A stretch of 64,000 bases of DNA from Thermoanaerobaculia bacterium. Lineage in GTDB: Bacteria > Acidobacteriota > Thermoanaerobaculia > Multivoradales > Multivoraceae. The number at the start of each line of letters is the position of its first letter. Within the stretch, counting starts at the first letter, position 1. The notes below the pieces were generated by a model. The model saw only the letters and a program-made list of their open reading frames with translations, was not told the DNA's origin and searched no databases. Position numbers and translations under genes: made by a program. Positions 40,449-50,244 of this stretch are shown here, piece by piece. The stretch covers positions 5,344,001 to 5,408,000 of the forward strand of contig OY761158.1 of NCBI GenBank assembly GCA_963664405.1, written 5' to 3'.

Positions 40449-40997
40449 TCAGCCTTGAAAGAGGCGGTCGAGGAGGTCTTCGACGATGTCGACTTCGGGT
40501 CCGGCCAGCTTCGCGGGGCCGACGTGGGCGATGCGAAACCAGGCCTCGTGATCTCCAACGGCCACCTGGCGCTCCTCGATGAGCTGGGGTGACCGTGCCG
40601 CAACTACGGGGAGACGAACGAGGTCGGCGGTGGCTGGCGAGTCCGTCGCCGGGGCCGGAACCGCCCCTACGCAGGGCGTCAGAATCTCCCCTTGGATCGT
40701 CTCGACATCATCCAGCTGACCGAGTTTCAACACCGTGGATGTGTCCGTGCCGACCTCGGCTGCCGCCTCTTCCGCGCTCTGCCAGGGATCGTCTCCGGTG
40801 AGCGGAGCCTGGGCAAAGACGGCTCCGCCGCGCGCGGCTTCGTTCAGGCTCGATCGCTGCAACAATATCCACAACTGGCCGTTCTCGACGAAGAGAGGCA
40901 CCAGCGCGGCATGGCGCTCCCCCTCTGTCGCTATCGGGCGGATCGGGATCTCGGCGAGGAGTTTTCGAACCTCCAGAATCCAGCTTTCGGTCACCAT
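40449..40997 (-). CDS. Degenerate Nudix/CoA pyrophosphatase-like protein
   Basis: RHAALVPLFVENGQLWILLQR and LGQLDD...ILTPCVG resemble NudL/CoAse; no intact Nudix box. Confidence 0.5.
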   Translation of the reverse strand: MVTESWILEVRKLLAEIPIRPIATEGERHAALVPLFVENGQLWILLQRSSLNEAARGGAVFAQAPLTGDDPWQSAEEAAAEVGTDTSTVLKLGQLDDVETIQGEILTPCVGAVPAPATDSPATADLVRLPVVAARSPQLIEERQVAVGDHEAWFRIAHVGPAKLAGPEVDIVEDLLDRLFQG

Positions 40998-41016
40998 GGT
41001 TGACGGACAATACCTT

Positions 41017-41182
41017 CGAGTGTTGTGTCTCCGAGATGGCTTGCCAAGAGCTCGAGGTCATTTTGTTCGCTGTCAAGGAGCGACGAGGCAGGCATATTGG
41101 GAATATGTCGACGAGTCGCGACGACGGCAGCGGGCAAAAGGGGCCGAGATATTGGTAAGCCATGTCGGAGACACGGCACTAG
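41017..41182 (+). mobile_element. 166-bp palindromic element, family B copy 2 (different arms)
   Basis: Arms CGAGTGTTGTGTCTCCGAGATGGCTTGCCAA / TTGGTAAGCCATGTCGGAGACACGGCACTAG; shared core GGTCATTTTGTTCGCTG...GCAGGCATATTGGGAATATGTCG. Confidence 0.78.
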
Positions 41183-42777
41183 ATATCTCGCTCGAGAACC
41201 GGACCGCCGAGGGTCGAGAAGCCAGCCACACCGAGGACGTGAGGCTCTATTCGCAGCCGGCTCGGTCCGAGCGGCCGCCGTATCTTGAGCGAGAGTGTTG
41301 CCTCTCCGCCCGGCTCCAGGTCCCTCGGCAGTGGCGGCCACTCCGCCTCGGCGAGCCAGTCTCTTCCTTGGTTGGTGAGCCGAACTTCAAAAGCGATTCC
41401 GCCGTCACCGCGCCGGCCGGCCAGCCATCGCGCGGCGCCGGTATTACGCACGTGAAGATCGAGCACTCGCACAGAGCTCTCTTCCCAAGGGGGGTCGAGT
41501 CCTTCGATCTCGAGGCTCCCTTCGAGGCGGCCCCAGCTCAAGCTCGTGGGCGGTGGCGGCTGAGGCTCGGTTGCCACCCCCGGCGGGAGGGCGGCGAGCT
41601 CTCGGCATGCTTCCGCGACTCGGTCTGCAACTCTGTCGGGGTCGTGCTCGCGGCGCACCCGCTCACGCGCTCGCTCGCCCATGGCCCGAAGCTCCTCGGG
41701 ACGATCGAGGAGATCGCGAATCCTCGCCACAAGGCTGTCGAGCTCCTCCTCGCCTAGCGGAATTCTGGTGATCTCCTCGCCTAGCTCGGCGAACTGAGCG
41801 TAGTCCGAGACCAGAGTCGGCCGGCCCATTGCGAGGAGGCGAAGGTACGACGCTGAAGTCTCGCCGGCGGTGGGGTAGCGCAGGTTGACGCAGAGATCGG
41901 CAGTAGCCATGGCTACGCGGAGTCGATCACGGTCGAGAAAACCGCACAGGTGGACACGCTCGAGGACGCCGGCCTCTCGGGCCTTCGCAGCGAGATCGAA
42001 CTCCGGCGCGACCTCGCCTACGATCAGGAGATGCACTTCGGCGAGCTCCTCTTTGGCCAGGGCTTCGATGACGACGTCGGTCCTCTTGATCGGCGTTTGG
42101 AAGCCGAAGGACCCCACCACCGGCGCTTTCCGAGGTATGCCCAGAGACTCTCGCAGAGCTAGGGTCGACGCCGGTGAAGCCATGGGCTCGAGTGGCATCG
42201 GCATCGGGATCACTCGCACGGTCACATCCTCGACGCCCTCTTGCAGTCGTTCCGCTGCCCAGGAGCTGTGGACGAGGACTCCGCGTTGGGTCTGGACCAG
42301 GGTGCGATGGCAGGGCAGAGCGAAAAGAGGTGCGGTGGGATAGGCGCCCCAGCGCGGCGCCCGGCCGATGGTCGCTCCTACCCAGCCGTGCTCCTCCTGG
42401 AGGCGTTGGCGGTAGAGCGGGAGCTCGACTCGAGCGAGGGTCTGCTCGACGAGGAGATGGTGAAGGAAGAGATCGTGCAGGGTGAGAATGCCGGGATGAG
42501 ATCGGGCGAGATCGAGCACCTTCTGGTGATGGAGATTGTTTCCCATCTGATAGAAGGGGACTCGTCCGTCTTCCCCCAGATGAGTGGTGTCCACTGGCTG
42601 CCAGCGGCCCTCGATCTCGGGCGACACCTCTTCTTCGAGTCGGACTACTCTGAGGTCACAGCGCTCGGCGAGGGCCGGGAGCAGGTCCGCGCTGTAGTCG
42701 GCGATGCCGGAGCGGGTGGGGGGAAGAGGGGAGACGAAATCCAGCCGCAGCCGCGAGCCGGCTTCTCCAGCACTCAT
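41179..42777 (-). CDS. GT4-family glycosyltransferase with C-terminal Ig-like domain
   Basis: SPLPPTRSGIADYS, YQMGNN, LHD, FGFQTPIKR, NLRYPTAGETSAS; ATGA-coupled to prfB. Confidence 0.85.
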   Translation of the reverse strand: MSAGEAGSRLRLDFVSPLPPTRSGIADYSADLLPALAERCDLRVVRLEEEVSPEIEGRWQPVDTTHLGEDGRVPFYQMGNNLHHQKVLDLARSHPGILTLHDLFLHHLLVEQTLARVELPLYRQRLQEEHGWVGATIGRAPRWGAYPTAPLFALPCHRTLVQTQRGVLVHSSWAAERLQEGVEDVTVRVIPMPMPLEPMASPASTLALRESLGIPRKAPVVGSFGFQTPIKRTDVVIEALAKEELAEVHLLIVGEVAPEFDLAAKAREAGVLERVHLCGFLDRDRLRVAMATADLCVNLRYPTAGETSASYLRLLAMGRPTLVSDYAQFAELGEEITRIPLGEEELDSLVARIRDLLDRPEELRAMGERARERVRREHDPDRVADRVAEACRELAALPPGVATEPQPPPPTSLSWGRLEGSLEIEGLDPPWEESSVRVLDLHVRNTGAARWLAGRRGDGGIAFEVRLTNQGRDWLAEAEWPPLPRDLEPGGEATLSLKIRRPLGPSRLRIEPHVLGVAGFSTLGGPVLERDI

Positions 42778-43866
42778 TTAGAGCCCATCTGCGACTTCAG
42801 CCAGGCTTCTATGAAGGGGTCGAGGTCACCGTCGAGCACTCGGTCCGCGTCTCCCATCTCGGCGCTCGTGCGATGGTCTTTTACCATCCGATAGGGATGA
42901 AGCACATAACTGCGGATCTGGCTGCCCCAGGCGATGTCCTGTTTTTCGCCCTCTCGCTCCGCTTGCTCCTCCTTACGTTTCTTCATCTCGGCGTCGTAGA
43001 GGCGGGCACGCAGTATCTTCATCGCCGTGGCCCGGTTCTTGATCTGGCTGCGCTCGTTCTGGCAGGTGGCGACGATATTGGTCGGGAGATGGGTGATTCG
43101 CACCGCCGAGTCGGTGACGTTGACGTGCTGGCCGCCGGCGCCGGACGAACGGTAGGTATCGATGCGCAGGTCTTTGTCGAGGATCTCGATATCGACGTCG
43201 TCGTCGACCTCCGGGTAAACGTAGACCGAGGCGAAGGAGGTATGGCGTCGGCTGGCGGCGTCGAAGGGGCTGATGCGCACCAGGCGATGGACCCCGTTCT
43301 CGCCTTGGAGATAGCCGTAGGCATTGGGCCCACGGATTGCCAGAGTCACGCTCTTGATGCCCGCTTCTTCGCCGTCGAGGCGATCCAAGAGAGCGGCTTC
43401 GAAGTGGTGGCGCTCCGCCCAGCGTAGGTACATGCGGAGCAACATCTCCGCCCAGTCTTGGGATTCGGTGCCGCCCGCCCCTGGGTGCAGTGCCATGAGG
43501 GCGTTGCGCTCATCGTCCGGCCCCGACATCTTGAGCCGGAGATCGAGCTCCGTGAGCTCCTTTGTGAGGCGCTCGAGAAAGGTCTCTGCGTCTGCGTCTG
43601 CCGCACTCGGGTCCTCGGCAATGAGCTCGCGCCAGGTGGCAAGCTCATCGCTGTCCTCCCGCATCTGCAGGAGCAACTTCACTTTCTTTTCGGTGGCGGC
43701 CCGCTTGCGGAGGATGGATTTGTTCTCGTCGGGCCGGTCCCAGAAGCTGGGATCCTCCATCACCCGGTCGAGATCGGCGAGCTCCTTCTCTACCTGGGAT
43801 TCCTCAAAGGAACCCCCTTAGATCGTCGAGGCGCTTGGCGAGGCGGTCGAATTCCTGTGTCTCCAT
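42774..43866 (-). CDS. prfB: Peptide chain release factor 2 (programmed +1 frameshift after codon 20)
   Basis: ATG 43866 METQEFDRLAKRLDDLRGFL, then AGGGGG-TTC-CTT-TGA-G; downstream frame has GAGGTES, SPF, GGQ, WGSQIRSY. Confidence 0.96.
43803..43818 (-). other. RF2 autoregulatory frameshift cassette
   Basis: Internal SD AGGGGG, 3-nt spacer, CTT TGA. Confidence 0.92.
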
Positions 43867-43879
43867 GATGTGGGGTCGC

Positions 43880-45397
43880 TCAGCGCCCTCGGCGGGACGA
43901 CAATATAGCAAAGGACGCGACGGCCAGACAGAGGATTGGCGCGAGCCATGGCAGGCGGGTGTAGGGGCTCAGATCCGCCCCGCCGCGAACGCTCGCCCGC
44001 ACGACTCCCTCTTCGTCGACACCGATCATCTCCACCGCCTGGCCGTTGGCTTCGATCAGGGCCGAGACACCGGTGAGGGCGGCTCGCAGAACCGGTCTGC
44101 GATTCTCGGCGGCGCGGAAGCGGGCGGCGCGTAGGTGCTGCCAAGGCGCCCAGCTATCGCCGTACCAGGCGTCGTTGGTGAGAGTCGTGATCAGGGTCGC
44201 TCCGCTCGCCACCAACTCTGCGACTTCGTGCGGGAAGGTGATCTCGAAGCAGATCGCCACCCCGATCTGCTCTTCCCGCCAGGTCAGAAGGGTCACGCTG
44301 TCGCTGGCCGAGAAGTTACCGGCATTGCGCGCCAGCTTGTCGACGAAGGGAAGGAGCTCGGCAAGAGGAACGTATTCGCCGAAGGGAACGAGGTGGCGCT
44401 TGTCGTAGGCCTGGAGCTGTTGACCCGGCTGGGCCAGGAAGGCGGTGTTGAAGACCTCCTCACCCTGCCATCGAGGCGAGTTGAAAAGGATGGAACAGCC
44501 TTTGTCGACGAGGCGGAGAACGTCTTCTCGCATTTGTCGGTCGCGGGAGAAGGCGTAAGGCCAGGCGGCGCTCTCGGGCCACAGAAGCAGTGCCGGCCGA
44601 TCACAGGCCTCTTCGCTCATTCGAAGTAGCTTTCGGTAGTGCCGCTGTTGCTGCTCGGTCTCGTCCAGCTTCAAGATCCCTAGATTCGGCTGGACGATTC
44701 GTACCTCTCGAGCTTCTCGCGTCGCCAGTTCCGGCTGTGCAAAACGCGATGCGAGAGAGAGCAGAAGGAGAGGCGTAAGGAAGCCGATCGCAATCGGCTC
44801 CCAGCGGCGCCGCGAGAGCCCTTGGGCCAGGCCGACGCTGGGGAGAAGAACCACGAACGACACCCCATAGGCTCCGATCCAGGAGCTGAGGAGGAGGGCT
44901 CCGGGCACCGCAATCCACGCATAGGAGGCGAGGTTCCACGGGAAGCCGCTCAGCAGGTACTGGCGCGAAACCTCGAAGACCGTCCACAGAGCCGGTAGGC
45001 CGAGCATGCCTGTGACCCAGGAGCGCGCCTTCCAGGGGCCGAGGGCGAGCCAGGCGAAGAGCGAGTGATGAAGGGCGAGGTAAGAGCAGAGCAAGACGAG
45101 CAAGAGGTTGCCCAGCCAGCCCGGAAGCTCGCCGAAAGTCGAGATCGTCGGTGCAATCCAGGGGATCGCGACCAGCCAGGTGGCGAGGCCGTGGAGGAAC
45201 CCCCACAACGGCGCTCGCCGCCGATCGAGGAGCAGCATCAAGGGGCAGAGAGCGACCCAGGGTAGAAACAGGAACCCGTTGCGGCCGAAGCAAGCCGCCC
45301 AGATCATGCCGCCTCCCACTGCCACGCCGGCGGCGACCCAGGGCGATTTGAGCCAGCCGACTGTGGAAGCGCCTATGTCTTCGGGCTCAGGGGGCAC
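43880..45397 (-). CDS. lnt: Apolipoprotein N-acyltransferase
   Basis: GFPWNL, VQPN, WPESA, YDKRHLVPFGEYVP, ICFEITF, TNDAWYG, RAAENRR; start uncertain (GTG 45397 used). Confidence 0.93.
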   Translation of the reverse strand: MPPEPEDIGASTVGWLKSPWVAAGVAVGGGMIWAACFGRNGFLFLPWVALCPLMLLLDRRRAPLWGFLHGLATWLVAIPWIAPTISTFGELPGWLGNLLLVLLCSYLALHHSLFAWLALGPWKARSWVTGMLGLPALWTVFEVSRQYLLSGFPWNLASYAWIAVPGALLLSSWIGAYGVSFVVLLPSVGLAQGLSRRRWEPIAIGFLTPLLLLSLASRFAQPELATREAREVRIVQPNLGILKLDETEQQQRHYRKLLRMSEEACDRPALLLWPESAAWPYAFSRDRQMREDVLRLVDKGCSILFNSPRWQGEEVFNTAFLAQPGQQLQAYDKRHLVPFGEYVPLAELLPFVDKLARNAGNFSASDSVTLLTWREEQIGVAICFEITFPHEVAELVASGATLITTLTNDAWYGDSWAPWQHLRAARFRAAENRRPVLRAALTGVSALIEANGQAVEMIGVDEEGVVRASVRGGADLSPYTRLPWLAPILCLAVASFAILSSRRGR

Positions 45398-46106
45398 CAG
45401 GAGGGATCCACGGGTCCAGCTCCCAGCGCCGCTGGATCTCGTCGGCGCGACGCTGGGCAAGCTCGCGGTCGCGGAAGGGGCCTACTCGCACGCGAAATAC
45501 CTCTCGATCTCCCTCCGAGACCGGAACGAGCTGGGCCTCGAAGTCCTGATCCAGCAGCCGGTCGACCCAGGTCTGAGCCTTGTCGCGGTCGGCGCTGGCG
45601 ATCACCTGCACAAAGAAGCCGTCTTCGGTGGGCGCTAGCGCCGCTGCTACTTCCGGCGCCTGCGGAGCTTCCTCCACGTCGGGGCGGCTGGCCGGCTCGA
45701 TTCGAGGCGCGGGGCGCTCCATTGGCTCCGGCGGCGGCATGCTGCGGGCCACCCGAGGTGACTTCTGCTTCGCCGCAATCGGGGATGGCGCGGCCACCGG
45801 GGTCGGCGCGGCTTTGCGCGCCGCTGCAGGCTTGTCCTCTATCTTCTTGGGTGCCGGCTCCATGGGTGGGGGAGCCATCCGCTGAGGCACATCGGTCTTG
45901 GTGAAGAAATCGAGCCGCTCGACCTCGCTCGCGGCGGCGACGGTCGCGAAGTCCGGGCTTACGGTCTCCTCGACGGAGGCTCTGCCGAGCCAGACCCCGG
46001 CAAAGAAAGCCACGAAGTAGCAGGCGAGGAGCGTGCCGAGAGCGGCGAGCACCTGTCGGTTGGTGAGGGCGATTTGGTAATGGGTGGCGTCACTCGGCTC
46101 GTTCAC
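45387..46106 (-). CDS. SPOR domain membrane protein (DedD/FtsN-like)
   Basis: N-terminal TM, Pro/Ala linker, FFVQVIAS...FRVRVGPF. Confidence 0.85.
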   Translation of the reverse strand: MNEPSDATHYQIALTNRQVLAALGTLLACYFVAFFAGVWLGRASVEETVSPDFATVAAASEVERLDFFTKTDVPQRMAPPPMEPAPKKIEDKPAAARKAAPTPVAAPSPIAAKQKSPRVARSMPPPEPMERPAPRIEPASRPDVEEAPQAPEVAAALAPTEDGFFVQVIASADRDKAQTWVDRLLDQDFEAQLVPVSEGDREVFRVRVGPFRDRELAQRRADEIQRRWELDPWIPPGAP

Positions 46107-46891
46107 GAACTGTCGCCTCCGTCAGGAGTCTTGGATTTGAGTTTGTCTGCGAGCTCGAGAAAGGGCTTGACGATGTCCATGGGGAGGGGAAAGATAATCG
46201 TCGAGTTCCGCTCGGCGGCGATGTCGGTAAGGGTCTGGAGATAGCGTAGTTGGAGAGTGATCGAGTTGTTGCTCATCGTATCCGCCGCATTGGCAAGACT
46301 GACGGCGGCCTGGCGCTCACCCTCGGCATGGATGACCTTGGCCCGCTTCTCGCGCTCGGCCTCGGCTTGCCGGGCCATCGCTCTCTGCATTTCTTGGGGA
46401 AGGTCGACGTGTTTCACCTCCACCGCTGACACCTTGATACCCCAGGGGTCGGTTTGCAGGTCGATGATCGATTGGAGCTGCTCGTTGAGCTTGTCGCGCT
46501 CGGAGAGGAGGCTGTCGAGGTCGGCCTGACCGAGGATCGAGCGCAGGGTCGTCTGCGCTAATTGGCTGGTGGCGTAGTTGAAGTTTTCCACCTCTACGAC
46601 TGCCTTGTTGGGCTGGAGGACTCGGTAATAGACCACCGCGTTGACCTTCACCGACACGTTGTCTCGGGTGATGATGTCTTGCGGTGGCACGTCCAGAACC
46701 ACGGTACGCAGTGAGATGCGGACGATACGGTCGATCGGCCAGAGGATGAGCACGAGCCCCGGTCCCTTCGGCTCCGGCAGGATGCGGCCGAGGCGAAAGA
46801 CTACGGCTCGCTCGTACTCATTGAGAATGTTGATCCAGCGGAAGAAGAGGATGACTATGAGGATGACGAAGACTGCTAGGGCCTGGGGCAT
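46103..46891 (-). CDS. Slipin/stomatin (SPFH) protein
   Basis: [52 protein letters not shown]. Confidence 0.93.
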   Translation of the reverse strand: MPQALAVFVILIVILFFRWINILNEYERAVVFRLGRILPEPKGPGLVLILWPIDRIVRISLRTVVLDVPPQDIITRDNVSVKVNAVVYYRVLQPNKAVVEVENFNYATSQLAQTTLRSILGQADLDSLLSERDKLNEQLQSIIDLQTDPWGIKVSAVEVKHVDLPQEMQRAMARQAEAEREKRAKVIHAEGERQAAVSLANAADTMSNNSITLQLRYLQTLTDIAAERNSTIIFPLPMDIVKPFLELADKLKSKTPDGGDSS

Positions 46892-46920
46892 GAGGAGATT
46901 CTCCTTGGGGGCACGACCTA

Positions 46921-48291
46921 TTATTGGGAGGGTTGGACCTTGAGCGTCATTCCGTCGACGGCCACGATCTCGATCGCATCACCGGCGGCCACCGGAGCTT
47001 CCGCGACCGCATCCCAGATCTCGCCGTGTACCGCTACCTTCCCTCGAGGAGCGAGCTCGGTGCGGGCAATGCCGGTCTCGTGGATGAGTCCCTCGCGACC
47101 TGTAGAGACCTGACGCTTGTGGACCTTCACGACCAGCGTCATCAATAGGGCCGAGACCAGCCCCGCGGCTGCTGCCATGGCGGCAATGAGCGGAAAACTG
47201 ACTCGGATCGCGGGATCCGGACTGTCGAAAAGAAGCACCGACCCCAGGACCAGCGACAGAACCCCGCCCAGAGTGAGTAAACCGAAGCTCGGCGCTTTGA
47301 TCTCGAGCAGGAAGAAGAGGACGGCGAGGAGGAGAAGGGCGACTCCGGCGTAGTTCAACGGCAGTAGCGATAACGCGTAGAAGGCGAGTACCACGCAGAT
47401 CGCTCCAAGCACCCCCGGCAGGATCGAGCCCGGGTTCGAGAACTCGAAATAGAGTCCGAGGCCGCCGGCGCTGAGGAGGAGATAGGCGACGTTGGGGTGG
47501 GCGATGATTGCGCGCAACCGTTGGAAGAGGGCGATCTCTATGCGCTGGATTTGAGCGTCAGCGGTGCGGAGTGTGCGCTCTTCCCCGTTCTTCTCGAGCA
47601 CGCGTCCATCGATGGCCTCGAGAAGATCGTCGATGTCGTCGGCGATCAGGTCGATGAGCCCCTCGTCGAGGGCTTCTTTCGCGGTGAACGATCGGCTCTC
47701 GACAACCGCCTCCTGTGCGAGCTCCTGGTTACGGCCCTTCTGTTCCGCCAGGGAGCGGATGGTCGCCGCGGCGTCTTGCTCGACCTTCTCCGCCATCACG
47801 CCCTCGATATCCTCACCCTGTCCTCCGACCGGGTGCGCGGCGCCGGTATTGGTTCCAGGCGCCATGGCGGCGACGTCAGCGGCCATGAGCAGAAAGAACC
47901 CCGCCGAGGCAGCCTGAGATCCCTGAGGTGATACGTAGATGACCACCGGGGTCTTGGCCTCGAGCATGGCGCTGAACATCTCGCGAGTCGAAGTGAGAAG
48001 GCCACCGGGGGTGGCGAGCTCGACCACGAGCACTTCGGCGTGCTGACGATCCGCTTCAGCCAGAGCGTCGAGGAGGATCTCCGCGGCGACCGGATGAATG
48101 ATCGAATTCAGCTCCAGCTGAAGTACCGGGCCGGGATCGCCCGTGCTTCCGCTCAACTCGTCTGCCGCCATCGCATCCGCCACCGGCAACAGGAGTAAGG
48201 CAGTCACAACGGCCAACCGACGAATGGGCCGGGCGTAGGTTGTGGACCGAGTGGCGTACTCGGCTCCAGGAGATGCGCCTTTTTTTCGCAT
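46921..48291 (-). CDS. nfeD: NfeD long form (ClpP-like membrane-bound serine protease)
   Basis: [34 protein letters not shown]-terminal VHGEIW OB fold; upstream of stomatin. Confidence 0.9.
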   Translation of the reverse strand: MRKKGASPGAEYATRSTTYARPIRRLAVVTALLLLPVADAMAADELSGSTGDPGPVLQLELNSIIHPVAAEILLDALAEADRQHAEVLVVELATPGGLLTSTREMFSAMLEAKTPVVIYVSPQGSQAASAGFFLLMAADVAAMAPGTNTGAAHPVGGQGEDIEGVMAEKVEQDAAATIRSLAEQKGRNQELAQEAVVESRSFTAKEALDEGLIDLIADDIDDLLEAIDGRVLEKNGEERTLRTADAQIQRIEIALFQRLRAIIAHPNVAYLLLSAGGLGLYFEFSNPGSILPGVLGAICVVLAFYALSLLPLNYAGVALLLLAVLFFLLEIKAPSFGLLTLGGVLSLVLGSVLLFDSPDPAIRVSFPLIAAMAAAAGLVSALLMTLVVKVHKRQVSTGREGLIHETGIARTELAPRGKVAVHGEIWDAVAEAPVAAGDAIEIVAVDGMTLKVQPSQ

Positions 48292-48427
48292 CCGATCTCG
48301 CGGGGCTGGGCTCACTGGCCTGCTTGTGACCTCCAGATCCACCGAGGGAGAGCTCGCGGTGCGCGGGCTCGAGAACTGGGTGAAGTCTAGCACGGAGGTC
48401 GGTGTGGAAACGGGGCGCGAGGGGGAC

Positions 48428-48510
48428 GGAGTGAGGGAGTGGGGAAGAGAGTGAAGAAGTAAGGAGTGAAGAAGTGAAGAAGTGAAGAAGGAGCAAGTGG
48501 GGGGAAGTCA
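48428..48510. repeat. Purine-rich octamer tandem repeats
   Basis: AGTGAAGA at 48450, 48465, 48473, 48481 plus degenerate units. Confidence 0.75.
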
Positions 48511-48687
48511 TGAAGTTCGAGGGTGGGAAGGAGTCGCGGTGACTCGAATGGCTGGACAGTGTTTATGTAGTAAATGGATAATAAGTTACTATTATGCCGT
48601 GATCAGGAGTGGAAGGGTGCGTCTTCGCTTCTTTGGGGCGAAGGATATTTGGTGTGTAAAGATAATATATATATAATAAATGGATAT

Positions 48688-49671
48688 ATGAAAGAACCAT
48701 CTCCCTCTGGCGGTCTGTCTCCTATGCGGGTGGTGTGTCGGCGTACTGGACTCAGGCCGGAGCTGATCCGCTCGTGGGAACGTAACTACGAGGCCATAGC
48801 ACCGGTGCGCTCGGCTGGGGGGCATCGCCTCTACGCAGAGAAGGACATCGAGCGCTTGCAGCTGCTGCGCCATGCGACCGAGGCCGGTCACCCGATCGGG
48901 CGAATCGCCGGCGTCGACGATGACTCTTTGCGAAAGCTGATCGCGGCGGATGCCAGGGATCGACCGCTGCCGGCGAGTACGTTCGCCACGGGCGGAGACA
49001 TCCACGTCGCAGCGTGCCTCGAGGCGGCTAGCCAGCTCGATCGCTCAGGTCTCGAACAAGCCGTTGAGCGCGCGGAGCTCGAGCTCGGCCGGGTGGCGAT
49101 GGTCGAGGAGGTGCTCGCTCCCCTGGTCGAGGCCATGGGCGAGGCGACTCGGACTGGAGCCTTGCGACCGATGCACGAGCATCTGCTTTCTTCGGTACTC
49201 GTCGCTTCCTCGCAAGGCTTTCGAAGCGCCTTCGCTCAGGCTGGGTCGGCTCCGCGACTGATCGTGACGACACCGGCTCGTCAGCACCACGAGCTCGGAG
49301 CGATTCTCGCGGCCAACGTAGCCGCCGGCGAAGGTTGGCAAGTGACGTATCTCGGCGCCAACCTTCCGGCGGAAGAGATCGCCGCGGCGGTACTCCTGAA
49401 AAAGGCGGCCGCACTTGCGTTGAGCGTCGCCTATCCGCCGGACGATCCGCTGCTGGCGGGTGAGCTTCTTCGCCTTCGCCGACACCTCGGCCCGGCCATC
49501 GCGATCTTGGTTGGCGGGCGCGCTGCAGCCTCGTACCAGTCTGCCTTGAAAGAGACGAATTGCTTCCTCGCCTCAGACTTCAACGCCTTTCGTAGTCTTC
49601 TCGCCAAGCTTCGCTTCGAAGGGGCGGCTGCGACTACTCGGGCCGGGAAGGGTCCAGCAGCGGGCTTCTGA
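48688..49671 (+). CDS. MerR-family regulator with cobalamin-binding domain (CarH/LitR-like)
   Basis: MerR HTH (TGLRPELIRSWERNY...PVRSAGGHRLY), EH motif, QHHELG, YLGANLP, LSVA, VGG. Confidence 0.85.
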   Translation: MKEPSPSGGLSPMRVVCRRTGLRPELIRSWERNYEAIAPVRSAGGHRLYAEKDIERLQLLRHATEAGHPIGRIAGVDDDSLRKLIAADARDRPLPASTFATGGDIHVAACLEAASQLDRSGLEQAVERAELELGRVAMVEEVLAPLVEAMGEATRTGALRPMHEHLLSSVLVASSQGFRSAFAQAGSAPRLIVTTPARQHHELGAILAANVAAGEGWQVTYLGANLPAEEIAAAVLLKKAAALALSVAYPPDDPLLAGELLRLRRHLGPAIAILVGGRAAASYQSALKETNCFLASDFNAFRSLLAKLRFEGAAATTRAGKGPAAGF

Positions 49672-50171
49672 GCACGCGGACTCCGTTGAGCGAGCTGGCG
49701 AGAATGGCGGCCAGCAGCAAAGCCGCGCCGATTCGGATCAGGCTTGCTCTCTCCAGGGTCAGGGCGACAGCCAGAATGGGCACCCCTATGGACCAGGTTC
49801 CGAGCTCCACCGCCGCGATCGTCGCACTGGCGAGGCGATAGGGGGAGTGGGGAGGCGGTCCGCTTCGTGCCATGGCTTGCATCCACACCAGCACCCGGAA
49901 GAGGCGAGTCGCTGCGACGGATCCCAAGGCGGGTGCGTAGAGCCATCGGGGCAATCATGTAGAGCGCGCCGAGGATCGATGAGGTGATCCAGCCGAGAGT
50001 CACCAGGTGAACGACCGCGAGCATGCGCGGGTGGTAGAAGAAACCTGCGAAGCTCTGTGGCCAGGCAACCAGGATGCCGAGCGCACAAGCCAGGCAGAGA
50101 TGGGCAAGGGCGAAGTAGTAGACGGGTAAGCGGCTGGGCGGATCAGGACCGGTCATTTGGTTCGTCGCCAC
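49634..50171 (-). pseudogene. Probable internally deleted multi-TM membrane protein gene (two frames)
   Basis: Frame 1 (...FFYHPRMLAVVHLVTLGWITSSILGALYMIAPMAL...) loses protein-like character at ~49910; frame 2 continues RLFRVLVWMQ...WSIGVPILAVAL...IGAALLLAAIL to stop 49634. Confidence 0.65.
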
Positions 50172-50244
50172 TCCCGGAGTCTAGCCTCCTGGGCCTCCCG
50201 CTCCATCGGTTGACAGCCCACTTGCGCGTGCTAGCGTCCGGTCC

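Noticed and set aside
43804-43806. In-frame TGA as selenocysteine or pseudogene lesion
   Set aside because: Fully explained by the known prfB programmed +1 frameshift.
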